NCBI GenBank assembly: GCA_027451365.1
Contig: DAIDJN010000070.1
Location: 1-64,000, forward strand
DNA: 64,000 bases
Source of the DNA: Phycisphaerales bacterium
GTDB taxonomy: Bacteria; Planctomycetota; Phycisphaerae; WQYP01
Reading direction: 5' to 3'
The notes under the pieces were generated by a model. That model did no database searches. It was given only the letters and a program-made list of their open reading frames with translations, and was not told the DNA's origin. This document shows positions 49,742 to 61,344 of the stretch, in pieces; within the stretch, counting starts at the first letter, position 1, and every line of letters starts with the position of its first letter. A program made the translations under genes and the position numbers.

Positions 49742-50035
49742 ATGGCAGCCAGTGTTCGTCCTCTGGGGGACAAAATTCTTCTCAAGCGTACCGAAGCCGA
49801 AAGCGTCACCAAAAGCGGCATCGTTCTGCCGGAAACCGCCAAGGAAAAGCCCAAACGCGGCAAAGTACTGGCCGTCGGTGATGGCAAATTGCTGGACAGC
49901 GGCGACCGTGCCAAGTTCCAGGTGAAAAAGGGCGATGAAGTCATTTTCGCCAGCTACGCCGGTACGGAAATAAAGGTGGATGGCGAAGAACTTCTGATCT
50001 TAAGCGAAGAAGAAGTTCTGGCCGTTGTGGAATAA
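49742..50035 (+). CDS. groES: Co-chaperonin GroES
   Basis: RPLGDK, SGIVLP.TAKEKP..G.V.AVG.G, YAGTE. Confidence 0.98.
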   Translation: MAASVRPLGDKILLKRTEAESVTKSGIVLPETAKEKPKRGKVLAVGDGKLLDSGDRAKFQVKKGDEVIFASYAGTEIKVDGEELLILSEEEVLAVVE

Positions 50036-50097
50036 GCCGCCCGCGCCACAACCGGGGCATTGCAGCCTTTGGCGATGGCGCGTTGTTTTGACAATAA

Positions 50098-51777
<1,680 letters not shown>

Positions 51778-51831
51778 TAACTCCATGATTCCGCGGCGTC
51801 ACGCCGCCGGATAATTGAGACTTAAAACCAG

Positions 51832-51870
51832 GACCCCGCGCTGCGACTGCCGCGCGGGGTCTTTTTTTTT
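51832..51870 (+). terminator. Intrinsic terminator after groEL
   Basis: GACCCCGCGC/GCGCGGGGTC stem followed by T9. Confidence 0.9.
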
Positions 51871-51885
51871 GCAGGATCAATCGAT

Positions 51886-52800
51886 TTACCAGCCGAAATA
51901 AGTACTTACACGCAAGGCACGCACACGAATATCGCCGGCGGGCACCCAGGCGACGGATCCATCGTTGTAGGCTTCGTGCATTCCGGACGGCAGACCATTG
52001 CCCAGACTTTGCCTGGTGTGGTTGGAAACAGGGGTGGATGTGCCGATCCAGGATTCGCCGATTGTGCCTCGCGGATTGCCATATCCGGCAATGTCGCTTA
52101 ACAGAAGAGTGGCGGGGTCGGATTGCGCATTTAGAGCCGGTTCGTGTTGCGCATCATTGTTGTACCACGCCCAGCCCCCGCCACCGGCCATCCAACTGGG
52201 TAGCAGATCATAGCTGGCCGAATAATCGACGGTGGGAGTGCCGCTCATGGTGCCCGTTCCGGAAGTGGCATAGGGCGCTCCATTGTAATAGCCATGGTCA
52301 ACCCAATAGCAGTAGCCAGTCAGAAAGAAAAAGCTCGTCAGGTCGCCCCGCAGGTTGTAATAGTTGGCCGGAATCAGGCTTTCATTCGCATAACCAGCCT
52401 CCGGGGAAAATAGCATCGCGACGCCTGTGGCGTTGGGCGTGAGAATCCCCGGCAGCATGACCTGATTCTGCGGCGTGGTATTGGTCGGAGTTGGCCCGCT
52501 GTAATACAGAAGTTCCAGGCCGTAACCGGGAATGTTGTAGGTGTAGGGCCTTCCGGAATAAGAACCGAAGGGATAATTGCTGGCAATTGTGGGCATATAC
52601 TGGCCATCGTATTCCGTGGAATATTCACGGGTGGCCAGAGCCAGTTGCCGCAAATTACTGGAACAGACGACACGCTCGGCTTGCGCTTTGGCACCGGCAA
52701 GCGCCGGCAGAAGCAGGGATATCAAAAGTGCAATAATGGAAATGACTACAAGCAATTCCACCAGCGTAAACCCCGCCCCGGGTTGCTTGGAGTCGTTCAT
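51886..52800 (-). CDS. Prepilin-type N-terminal cleavage/methylation protein (second copy, divergent C-terminal part)
   Basis: [36 protein letters not shown]...[18 protein letters not shown]. Confidence 0.9.
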   Translation of the reverse strand: MNDSKQPGAGFTLVELLVVISIIALLISLLLPALAGAKAQAERVVCSSNLRQLALATREYSTEYDGQYMPTIASNYPFGSYSGRPYTYNIPGYGLELLYYSGPTPTNTTPQNQVMLPGILTPNATGVAMLFSPEAGYANESLIPANYYNLRGDLTSFFFLTGYCYWVDHGYYNGAPYATSGTGTMSGTPTVDYSASYDLLPSWMAGGGGWAWYNNDAQHEPALNAQSDPATLLLSDIAGYGNPRGTIGESWIGTSTPVSNHTRQSLGNGLPSGMHEAYNDGSVAWVPAGDIRVRALRVSTYFGW

Positions 52801-52874
52801 GATGCATTCTCCAATCTAAGATTCGTTGAAACCAGGAAAGATGCCTTCGTACCGACCGGATATCTGAACGGACG

Positions 52875-52907
52875 AAAAAGAGGCCGACGGAAAAATCCGC
52901 CGGCCCC
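52875..52907 (-). terminator. Intrinsic terminator between PEP-CTERM and pilin-like gene
   Basis: Minus strand GGGGCCGGCGGA-TTTT-TCCGTCGGCCTC followed by TTTTT. Confidence 0.7.
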
Positions 52908-52990
52908 TGGGCTTTTGCGATTTTAAATACAGGCGCAGCATTGCAATCTGGCAACGCATCGTCCCGGTTCGCCATGCCGACGATCGGGTG

Positions 52991-53842
52991 TCAGGATTCC
53001 TGATGCATTTTGCGGCGACCGGCCATCAGCAGGCCCAATCCGCCGATCGCAAATAGACCCAGTGAAGCGGGTTCCGGTGTGGCCACCTGTGTCAGCGACA
53101 GATTGCTGAAGGTCGCCGGCGAAAGACCGCCGCGCACCGCAAGGAAAATCGCGCCGGGCGCGGCTGGCAGCGTGGTGTAAGTAAATCCGCCCACCGTGGT
53201 GAGTGTGGTGGCATTGGCGCCTTTGCCCAAAAGCAATTCCACCTGGCCGGATGCCAGGTTGTAAGTCATTTCCACTGTGGTGGTGCCAGTGTAGCTGCTG
53301 GTGGAAACGCCAAGCGCCTTATTGGCTGTGCCGGGACCTTCAAACAATTGATAGCCGCCGCTGGCGGTGGAAATAAGCATCCATGGTTCGCCTGTCGAAT
53401 TCGGATTGGCCCCGCCGGTGGTCGGAGCAAATCCGATGGCCGCCCATTCGCTGGTATTGTTGTAGGCGACGTTGGCTTCCAGCGTCAACAATCCGTTGCC
53501 GCTCGGTGTAATGGCCAGCGGAGCCACTGTATTAATAAAATTTCCATTGGTACCGGTGGTCTGAACGGTGACATAACCGGCACTGGAGCCGGTGGGCGGT
53601 GTAATGACCGCGGAACTCGTGCCGGCGGATCCATTGCTGACATTATTCAACGGTGACCAGCTTCCGCCAATATCGGCGCTTGAACCAGCCAGCGCGTTGC
53701 TGGTGGACGGACTGGCCTGAAATGTGTCGAGGACCAGCGTATTGACCGTCGCGCCGGCCGGAGCCGCGACTGCGGCGGCAAATCCGAGGGTGGCGGCGGC
53801 GGCGATATATCTTCCAGTGTTACAGCTACGTTTCAATTGCAT
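52991..53842 (-). CDS. PEP-CTERM protein, Thr/Gly/Ser-rich beta protein
   Basis: Signal peptide; C-terminal TPEPASL-TM-RRK; AAGGAG RBS. Confidence 0.87.
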   Translation of the reverse strand: MQLKRSCNTGRYIAAAATLGFAAAVAAPAGATVNTLVLDTFQASPSTSNALAGSSADIGGSWSPLNNVSNGSAGTSSAVITPPTGSSAGYVTVQTTGTNGNFINTVAPLAITPSGNGLLTLEANVAYNNTSEWAAIGFAPTTGGANPNSTGEPWMLISTASGGYQLFEGPGTANKALGVSTSSYTGTTTVEMTYNLASGQVELLLGKGANATTLTTVGGFTYTTLPAAPGAIFLAVRGGLSPATFSNLSLTQVATPEPASLGLFAIGGLGLLMAGRRKMHQES

Positions 53843-54361
53843 ATTGATATCTCCTTCAATAGAACAGTGGTTGGGAAAAACAACTCGCAAATAAATTCGG
53901 GAAAAAGGACCGCCTTGGCCTGATCCGTATCTGGACCGAAATCCCGATCATGTCCGGTCTGATCTCAATCCCTGATTATCCGGTTGGATTCATCAAAAAG
54001 CTCGAACGCCACGCATTGAACGTCATGAGCTTTTCCTGCTTCATCCGGCCTGACCTCCTTTCAACGTTTTGCATACTCCGGGCTGTATATGGGCGATGTG
54101 CCGCCGATTGCACCAGCGGCAAACGCTCCTATCGTGTTTCCAGGTTGCATCCGGCTCAAGCCGCCGGTGTCAGAGGACCGAACGCCCCTGTTGCTGAATT
54201 GAGTCTATCCATGCGATGCGGCAATACAAGACCGATTTACGCAATATGTGCGCGTTTTACGCAAGTGATTCGATCGCGAGGCTGGTTTTTGTCGCCCGCC
54301 CGCCGGCCGATGACCACTTCAGGTATCGGGTTAGCGTCAACAAGATACGCTGGCGGAATTG

Positions 54362-55570
54362 TCAGGTATTAATGTCATGCTCTTCTCCCGCGCCAGCAGC
54401 CGGACCATGCGGCATTTTCTGGAACCGGTGGCGGAATTGGCCCGGTGTAAGACCGGTTTGCCGGTGAAAATTCTGGCTCATCCGCAGGCTGCTGTTAAAG
54501 CCGCATTCAATGGCAATTTTCTGGATGGATTTGCCGGTATCCATCAGCAGGACCTTGGCATGATCGATACGCATTTTCAGAATCTGTTCGTACGGGCCGT
54601 GACCCAGAACCTGACGAAAACGATATTCAAGCGTGCGCCGCGGCATGGTCAGATGCCGACAAAGGTCCGGCACACCGATCGGATCACGAAACCGCGCGTT
54701 GATCAGCGCCAGTGCTCTGGCCACAGCCGGGTCGCTGGTCAGGTCCCGGCTCGTGGATCCGCGCACATGCACGAAACAGCCGCCGGGAAGGATATTGACA
54801 TCCGGAACCGATTCTCCGGACTCCAGAAGTTGATCCAGTGCCCGGGCGCACTGGTAACCAAGCTGTTCAAAAGGTGCCTGCACGCTGCTTAACGCCGGCG
54901 ATGCGGTATCGCAAATTAATTCGTCGTTGTCCACGCCCACAATGGCAATATCAGATGGTATAGACAGGCCTGCTTCGTGGCAGGCGTCAGCCGCAAATGC
55001 TCCAATGCTGTCGTTGTACGCCATCAGCCCGATCGGTCCATGCGATTTCTTTCGCAGTGTGACCAACTGCTTGCCGAAATGGCGGGTCGGTTCATGATCA
55101 TCAACGGTCAGAATCGCCGGCTTGGGTTTTCCCGCAGCGACCAGGGTATCGGCAAAACCGGCTTCGCGCAGCTTTGATAATTTTCCAGGTCGTTGAATGT
55201 ACGCAAATTTGTGCAAATCCAATGCCAGCAGATGTTCGGCCGCAGCCCGGCCTTTGTCCCGGTCATCTGTGACAAAAATGGGCGCTTTTCCTTCCAGATC
55301 ATAATTAATAATCCCGACAATGCGCGTGCGCCGGGCGCGCCAGCCTTTATAGGATATTTTTCCAAAGTTCCACACAATGGCCCCATCCACCTTGGAAGTG
55401 CAGCGGGCAAGCCAGCGATCATCCGCAAATCGCCAGCCGGGATGGCTGACGATGCGCCACAATGGCTGTTGCTCGCGCATGTATCGGTTAACGCCCAGGC
55501 GACAGTCTCGCCCGATGCTTAGCACCGGAGACAGCACGATCATTATTCGCCTGATGGGACCCGTTTTCAT
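54362..55570 (-). CDS. XylR-family regulator (LacI-type sensor + AraC HTH)
   Basis: TDD...G..AAEHL, AYND, IPSDIAIVGVDNDE, LSSV, RRTLEYRF, IAIECGF, TGLTPGQFR. Confidence 0.92.
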   Translation of the reverse strand: MKTGPIRRIMIVLSPVLSIGRDCRLGVNRYMREQQPLWRIVSHPGWRFADDRWLARCTSKVDGAIVWNFGKISYKGWRARRTRIVGIINYDLEGKAPIFVTDDRDKGRAAAEHLLALDLHKFAYIQRPGKLSKLREAGFADTLVAAGKPKPAILTVDDHEPTRHFGKQLVTLRKKSHGPIGLMAYNDSIGAFAADACHEAGLSIPSDIAIVGVDNDELICDTASPALSSVQAPFEQLGYQCARALDQLLESGESVPDVNILPGGCFVHVRGSTSRDLTSDPAVARALALINARFRDPIGVPDLCRHLTMPRRTLEYRFRQVLGHGPYEQILKMRIDHAKVLLMDTGKSIQKIAIECGFNSSLRMSQNFHRQTGLTPGQFRHRFQKMPHGPAAGAGEEHDINT

Positions 55571-55800
55571 GCCAACTCCATTTCATCATGTCAGGGGCAA
55601 CTATGCGCGCCGAACCGTCTGAATGCAACGACTGGTAATAAAACGCCCGAATTTCCAGCCGCCAACGTCTCTCCGCCGCCGCACTTTTATCCGGCCATCG
55701 TTCTTGGTTAGTTGTACCCGTCGCATTGCCCGGGTAGATTCAACACAAGGGCGTTGCGGCAACGGGCCGCATTGCCGGTGCGTTCTAAACGGTTCCAATT

Positions 55801-57333
55801 ATGCTGCTGGAAACCATTGTTGAACAGGCTTCCCGCCGAGGCGGACAGATCGCCATTGTCGATGATGTCCGTTCCACCACTTTTCGGGAACTGGTCATTG
55901 GCGGGCAGATATTCGCCGATTTCCTGGACGGTGCCGCTCCCGCCGAGCCTCACATCGGGCTCCTTATTCCCCAATCAGCCGCATTCGCCGTTGCCTTCCT
56001 GGCCACACGCTGGTCCAATCGGGTGGCCGTACCGCTCAATTACCTTTTGCGACCGGCCGAGCTGTTGGACATTTGCCGTGACGCCAATCTCAAAACCGTT
56101 TTCACCATCCGCCACCCGCTTTTTACCCCGCTGGGCGAAGCGCTGACGGCCGCCGGGCTGCGGGTGATTTATATTCAGGACCTGTTGCCGTTTTCGGCAT
56201 GGGTAAAATTCAAAGCCGCCGTGTTCCGCCGTCGCCTGCCCAGGCGCGACCCCGCCGATCCGGCTGTCATTCTGTATACCAGCGGCACGAGTTCCACGCC
56301 TAAGGGGGTGGTGCTGACCAACGGAAATCTGGATTCCAATGCGGCCAATTCGATTGCCCACGCGCGGTTCAATCAGCAGATGACCTTCCTGGGAATTCTT
56401 CCCATGTTTCATGCGCTGGGACTTATGGGTTGCTGTCTGGTGCCCCTTAGTCTTGGCTGCCGGGTTATTTACCTCGCCCGCTTTTCCGCCCCCGCGGTTC
56501 TTCAGGCCATCGAACGCCATCAGGTACAGGTGCTTATTGCCGTGCCAAGCATGTATGCGCTGCTGGCCAATGCCAAAAACGCAAATCGGGAATCCATGGC
56601 GCCTGTACAATATGTCATCAGCGGCGGAGAACCTCTTTCACTTTCACTTATGGAACGTTTTTACGAACGGTTTGGCCACACCATTCTTCAAGGCTTCGGA
56701 CTGACCGAAACCGCGCCAATGGTCAGTTTTTCCACGCCGTGGGATCATAAACCCGGAAGTGTCGGCAAGCCTGTTCCAGGCGAAGAGCTTCGTATTACCG
56801 ACGATTCCGGCGCAGACCTGCCCGCCGGCACGGATGGCGAACTTCTCATTAGAGGTCCCAATGTGATGAAGGGATATTACAACCGGCCAGTTGAAACCGC
56901 CGCCGTGCTTTCCCCGGATGGCTGGTTTAAAACCGGCGACATCGCAAGAATCGACTCCGATGGATTCCTGCACATTACCGGCCGAAAAAAAGAAATGATC
57001 ATTATGGCCGGTGAAAAAATCGCGCCCGGTGAAATTGAGGAAATTCTGCGGCAGCATCCGGCGGTGCTTCTGGCGGCGGTAATTGGGGCAAAAGACGCCC
57101 AGCGTGGCGAAGTTCCGATCGGCTTTGTTCAGTTGCAGCCCGACCTGACCGCGCCACCGACGCCTGCCGACCTTCGGACCTTCGTACGTCAGCGTCTGGC
57201 GCCCTATAAAACCCCGCGGGAGATTTATATAATGGATGAATTGCCCCGGTCACCCACCGGGAAACTTCTAAAGCGGGAATTGCGCCTCCCGCCTCAGGAA
57301 GCGACCAGCACCACTGCCCGACCACTGGATTAA
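55801..57333 (+). CDS. AMP-dependent acyl-CoA/acyl-ACP synthetase
   Basis: YTSGTSSTPKGV, QGFGLTET, WFKTGD, GRKKE, TGK. Confidence 0.93.
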   Translation: MLLETIVEQASRRGGQIAIVDDVRSTTFRELVIGGQIFADFLDGAAPAEPHIGLLIPQSAAFAVAFLATRWSNRVAVPLNYLLRPAELLDICRDANLKTVFTIRHPLFTPLGEALTAAGLRVIYIQDLLPFSAWVKFKAAVFRRRLPRRDPADPAVILYTSGTSSTPKGVVLTNGNLDSNAANSIAHARFNQQMTFLGILPMFHALGLMGCCLVPLSLGCRVIYLARFSAPAVLQAIERHQVQVLIAVPSMYALLANAKNANRESMAPVQYVISGGEPLSLSLMERFYERFGHTILQGFGLTETAPMVSFSTPWDHKPGSVGKPVPGEELRITDDSGADLPAGTDGELLIRGPNVMKGYYNRPVETAAVLSPDGWFKTGDIARIDSDGFLHITGRKKEMIIMAGEKIAPGEIEEILRQHPAVLLAAVIGAKDAQRGEVPIGFVQLQPDLTAPPTPADLRTFVRQRLAPYKTPREIYIMDELPRSPTGKLLKRELRLPPQEATSTTARPLD

Positions 57334-57414
57334 TTCCCGGGCAGTTTACGGATTGACGAATTCATCTACATAAATATATTGTACCGATGCGTTGCCCAGT
57401 CAGGAGCCAGAACC

Positions 57415-57987
57415 ATGCGGTCTGAATCGAAATTGTGCGTGCACGTTTTTTCCACACAATGGGGGCCATGCGCCATTCTTCTGCGCGGTGAAAATCTCGT
57501 CCGGATATATACCGCCGCCAGAAACCAAAAGCGCCTGCTCGGCGATATTTACCACCAGCACGGGGCGGGTCTGACCCGTATAAAACCGTCGCAATTGCCG
57601 CGCTGGGCCGTCGAACTGACCGGCTTTCTCCGCCAATACTACGGAGGCCAGCCTAAGTCTATTGCGCGGCAAGCCAGTCCACGGCGGAAACTGGCGGGTT
57701 ATCTGGACTGGTCGAGTGTGCGGGATTTTGACCGGCTGGTTCTGCAACATACCGCCGGAATTCCCTGGGGCCAAACGCGGACATATGGAGAGTTGGCTGC
57801 GGCCATGGGAAAGCCGGGTGCCGCACGTGCGGTCGGTGCGGCGCTGGGCCGCAATCCGTGGCCCGTTCTGATTCCTTGCCACCGTGTTGTTGGGGCAAAT
57901 GGTAAATTAACCGGATTTTCCGGCTTTGGCGGCGTGCAGGCAAAAAGGCGCATGCTGGCCAGAGAGCGACCGCCCGTCCCAGACTGA
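57415..57987 (+). CDS. ogt: Methylated-DNA-protein-cysteine methyltransferase
   Basis: IPWGQTRTYG, ARAVGAA, IPCHRVV active site. Confidence 0.93.
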   Translation: MRSESKLCVHVFSTQWGPCAILLRGENLVRIYTAARNQKRLLGDIYHQHGAGLTRIKPSQLPRWAVELTGFLRQYYGGQPKSIARQASPRRKLAGYLDWSSVRDFDRLVLQHTAGIPWGQTRTYGELAAAMGKPGAARAVGAALGRNPWPVLIPCHRVVGANGKLTGFSGFGGVQAKRRMLARERPPVPD

Positions 57988-58084
57988 CTTAAATCGGGCG
58001 CTTCGAACCAGCCCGGTCCTGATCTTAATAAGATAATTCTGTGCTGCGGGCCTTTGAGCTTGGCACCACCACCCCGGTGCCCCA

Positions 58085-59047
58085 TTATTCGGTCGCCCCC
58101 GGCGGCTTTGGACTCACTACCTTCCACGCAAGGCCGAGCGTTTTCATCGTCAGAATAGTCCAATAGGTAATATCAAATTCAAACCACCGCATTCCATGGG
58201 CCGCGGAACGCTGCTGGGCGTGATGGTTGTTGTGCCAGCCTTCCCCAAACGATACCAGCGCCACCCACCAGTTGTTACGCGAGTCATCTTCGGTTTCAAA
58301 ATTCCGATATCCCCATGTGTGAGCGGCTGAATTCACAAACCAGGTCGCGTGATACATCACCACAGTTCGCAGACAAATGCCCCACAGCACCCATGCAAAA
58401 CCGGTCGTCAGACTCCCCATCAGCCACCAGCCCAGTCCGAACAGCAATGCGGCGGCAAAAAACTGGGGTACATACCAGTATTTATCAAAAAACATCATGA
58501 CCGGATCTTTTTGAAGGTCTTTGGTGACGGAATATGGGTCTTCATCCGGGCGGGCGGAATGCAGAATCCAGAAAACGTGCGACCAGCAGAATCCGTCTTT
58601 GGGCGAATGCGGGTCACCTGGTAAATCAGACTGCGCATGGTGCAGCCTATGCGTTCCAACCCATTTAATCGGGCCGCCCTGCCAAGAAAGGCAGGCAAAC
58701 ATCGTCAGCATATATTCCACCCATTTATAGGTGGCAAAACTCCGATGCGTCAACAGCCTGTGGTAACCCAGCGTAACGCCCCAGGCACCGGTAATCCAGC
58801 ACATGGCCAGAAAAACGCCCAGCGATGACCAGCCTATAAACATCGGCAGGAACGCCACCACCGCCAGAATATGCAGGATAAGAAACACCGAGGTGTGATA
58901 CCATTGAAACCGAACCGACTGGCCATCGCGCAAAACGCGACTCCGCAAAAACTTGCCTTTGGACTCAGATCCGCTGTCCGCAACTTTTGTTCCCTCATCC
59001 GGCCTGGATAAAACCTGGGTTAATTCGGCTTTTTCAATCAATGTCAC
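58085..59047 (-). CDS. Delta-9-type membrane fatty acid desaturase
   Basis: His boxes HRLLTH, HRLHH, HNNHH; DPHSP; VNSAAH. Confidence 0.93.
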   Translation of the reverse strand: MTLIEKAELTQVLSRPDEGTKVADSGSESKGKFLRSRVLRDGQSVRFQWYHTSVFLILHILAVVAFLPMFIGWSSLGVFLAMCWITGAWGVTLGYHRLLTHRSFATYKWVEYMLTMFACLSWQGGPIKWVGTHRLHHAQSDLPGDPHSPKDGFCWSHVFWILHSARPDEDPYSVTKDLQKDPVMMFFDKYWYVPQFFAAALLFGLGWWLMGSLTTGFAWVLWGICLRTVVMYHATWFVNSAAHTWGYRNFETEDDSRNNWWVALVSFGEGWHNNHHAQQRSAAHGMRWFEFDITYWTILTMKTLGLAWKVVSPKPPGATE

Positions 59048-59232
59048 GATATCCTCGTATCAACGCGCAGGTCCGCCCGCCGCTAACGATCAGGCGCGAA
59101 CCGTCGCTGCTCTACTGTTCTTGTATTGTAGCAGGCTGGCCTGAAAATATCGAATACCCGCAGCGGGAAAACACGCACAATTTCCGCCGTTGCGTTACAA
59201 TATCGCCGCCTTGAATGGCTTGTGGAGTCCGC

Positions 59233-61287
59233 ATGACGCAAAAGTATCGCAAAATTCTCGTTACCTCGGCTCTTCCGTACGCCAACGGTTCGATCCATAT
59301 CGGACACTTGGTGGAATATATTCAAACCGACATCTGGGTCCGGTTCCAGCGCCTCTGCGGCCACACCGTCACCTACCTGTGCGGCGACGACGCCCACGGC
59401 ACCCCCATCATGCTCCGTGCCCGCAAGGAAGGTCTTGAACCGGACCAGTTCATCGCCCGCATGAATCAAGAGCATCAGGAGAGCTTTGCCCGGTTTGATA
59501 TCGGTTTTGACCAATATTATTCCACCCATTCACCTGAAAACCGCGAACTTTGCGGTATTTTATACGCGCGGCTTACCGCAGCCGGACATATCGCCGAGCG
59601 CCAGGTCGAACAATTCTTCGATCCGGCCGAGAAAATCTTTCTGCCTGATCGCTTTATCCGCGGCACCTGCCCCAATTGCAAATCGCCTGACCAATATGGC
59701 GACTCCTGTGAAATCTGCGGCAAAACCTACGATCCCACCGACCTTCTTAATCCCAAAAGCGCCATCAGCGGTGCCGTACCCGAACGCCGCAGCAGCCCCC
59801 ATTTTTTCCTGCGGCTGGAACACTTCCGCGATGCCCTGCAAGGGCTTATGGCCAATGGATTTGTGGATGAATCCGTCGCGCGCAAACTCGCTGAATGGTT
59901 CGCGGACCAACTGAAGGACTGGGATATTTCACGCGATGCTCCCTTCTTCGGTTTTGAAATTCCCGGCTGTCCCGGAAAATATTTCTATAACTGGCTTGAT
60001 GCCCCCATCGGCTACCTCGCCGCCTTGGCCCGGTTCCTGCGCGGCAATGCCGACGACGCGCTGGAATACTGGCAGGATGCCGATCTGGAAATTTATCATT
60101 TCATCGGCAAGGACATTGTTTATTTTCATGCCCTGTTCTGGCCGGCGATCCTTCTTGGCACCGGACTTCACACACCACGCAAACTCTTCGTCCATGGCCA
60201 TCTGACGGTCAACGGAGAGAAAATGTCCAAAAGCCGCGGCACCTTCATTAATGCGGATCAATACGCCCGCCATCTGGACCCGCAATGGCTGCGATATTAT
60301 CTGGCCACGCGGCTGAACGCGGCGCCCGCGGACCTGGACCTTAGTTTTGAAGATTTCGCCGCCCGCGTGAACAGCGAACTGGTGGGCAAACTCGCCAATC
60401 TTATCAGCCGGGCCGCGCCCATGCTCGTAAAAAATCTGGATGGCCGCACCGGTATTCCCCTGGCCGACGCCCTGCCGCTCCTGAAGGAAATTCGCGATGC
60501 CCAGTCCGTTATCGCCCAGGCTTACGAAGACCGCAATTACGCCGCCGTTACCCGGTTGATCTGCCAGTTGGCCGATAAAGCCAACAAATATGTTGAAGAT
60601 CAGGCGCCCTGGTCGCTGATAAAGAAAGACCCCGAAGCGGCGCGTGGCGTATTGACCGCGGCTTTGGAATGTGGCCGGATTCTGACGCTTTACCTTAAGC
60701 CAATTCTGCCCGCTTACGCCGCCAAGGTTGAAGCCTGCCTGCGGGTTGGCCCCATGAAATGGTCCGATGCGGTGGATTCCATGCCATCACAGAAAATCAA
60801 TCCCTTTGAACATCTTATTACCCGTATTGACGAAAGGCAGATACACGCCATGCTTCAGGAAAATGTGAATGCCGCTACCGATGCCACACCTGCCGCGTCC
60901 GCAGCCAGCGCACCGGCTCCTGCCGCGGTAAGCGCCCCGCCGGATGAACCGCTTGCCGCCACCTGCACCATCGATCAGTTCGCCGCCATAGATCTGCGCG
61001 TGGCGCGCGTGCTGGAAGCCGCCCCAGTGGTTGAAACCGATAAACTGATGCGCCTTGTTCTGGACGCCGGGCCATTGGGTAAGCGGAATATTCTGGCGGG
61101 TATAAAAAAGGCCTATTCCGCGGAGGAACTGGTCGGCCGCCTGGTGATTTTTTGCGCCAATTTGGCGCCGCGCAAAATGAAGTTCGGCATAAGCGAAGGC
61201 ATGATTCTGGCCGCCGGGCCTGGCGGAACCGAAGTATTCCTGCTTGCGGTGGACTCCAAGGCTACTCCCGGCCAACGGGTGCACTAG
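59233..61287 (+). CDS. metG: Methionyl-tRNA synthetase with C-terminal tRNA-binding domain
   Basis: PYANGSIHIGH, Zn knuckle, WDISRD, KMSKS, C-terminal OB domain (NLAPRKM..SEGM). Confidence 0.98.
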   Translation: MTQKYRKILVTSALPYANGSIHIGHLVEYIQTDIWVRFQRLCGHTVTYLCGDDAHGTPIMLRARKEGLEPDQFIARMNQEHQESFARFDIGFDQYYSTHSPENRELCGILYARLTAAGHIAERQVEQFFDPAEKIFLPDRFIRGTCPNCKSPDQYGDSCEICGKTYDPTDLLNPKSAISGAVPERRSSPHFFLRLEHFRDALQGLMANGFVDESVARKLAEWFADQLKDWDISRDAPFFGFEIPGCPGKYFYNWLDAPIGYLAALARFLRGNADDALEYWQDADLEIYHFIGKDIVYFHALFWPAILLGTGLHTPRKLFVHGHLTVNGEKMSKSRGTFINADQYARHLDPQWLRYYLATRLNAAPADLDLSFEDFAARVNSELVGKLANLISRAAPMLVKNLDGRTGIPLADALPLLKEIRDAQSVIAQAYEDRNYAAVTRLICQLADKANKYVEDQAPWSLIKKDPEAARGVLTAALECGRILTLYLKPILPAYAAKVEACLRVGPMKWSDAVDSMPSQKINPFEHLITRIDERQIHAMLQENVNAATDATPAASAASAPAPAAVSAPPDEPLAATCTIDQFAAIDLRVARVLEAAPVVETDKLMRLVLDAGPLGKRNILAGIKKAYSAEELVGRLVIFCANLAPRKMKFGISEGMILAAGPGGTEVFLLAVDSKATPGQRVH

Positions 61288-61344
61288 AATATGCCAGCGG
61301 CATAATGGGATGCGGCGCCACAAGGTGCCGCTGACTTTAACAGG

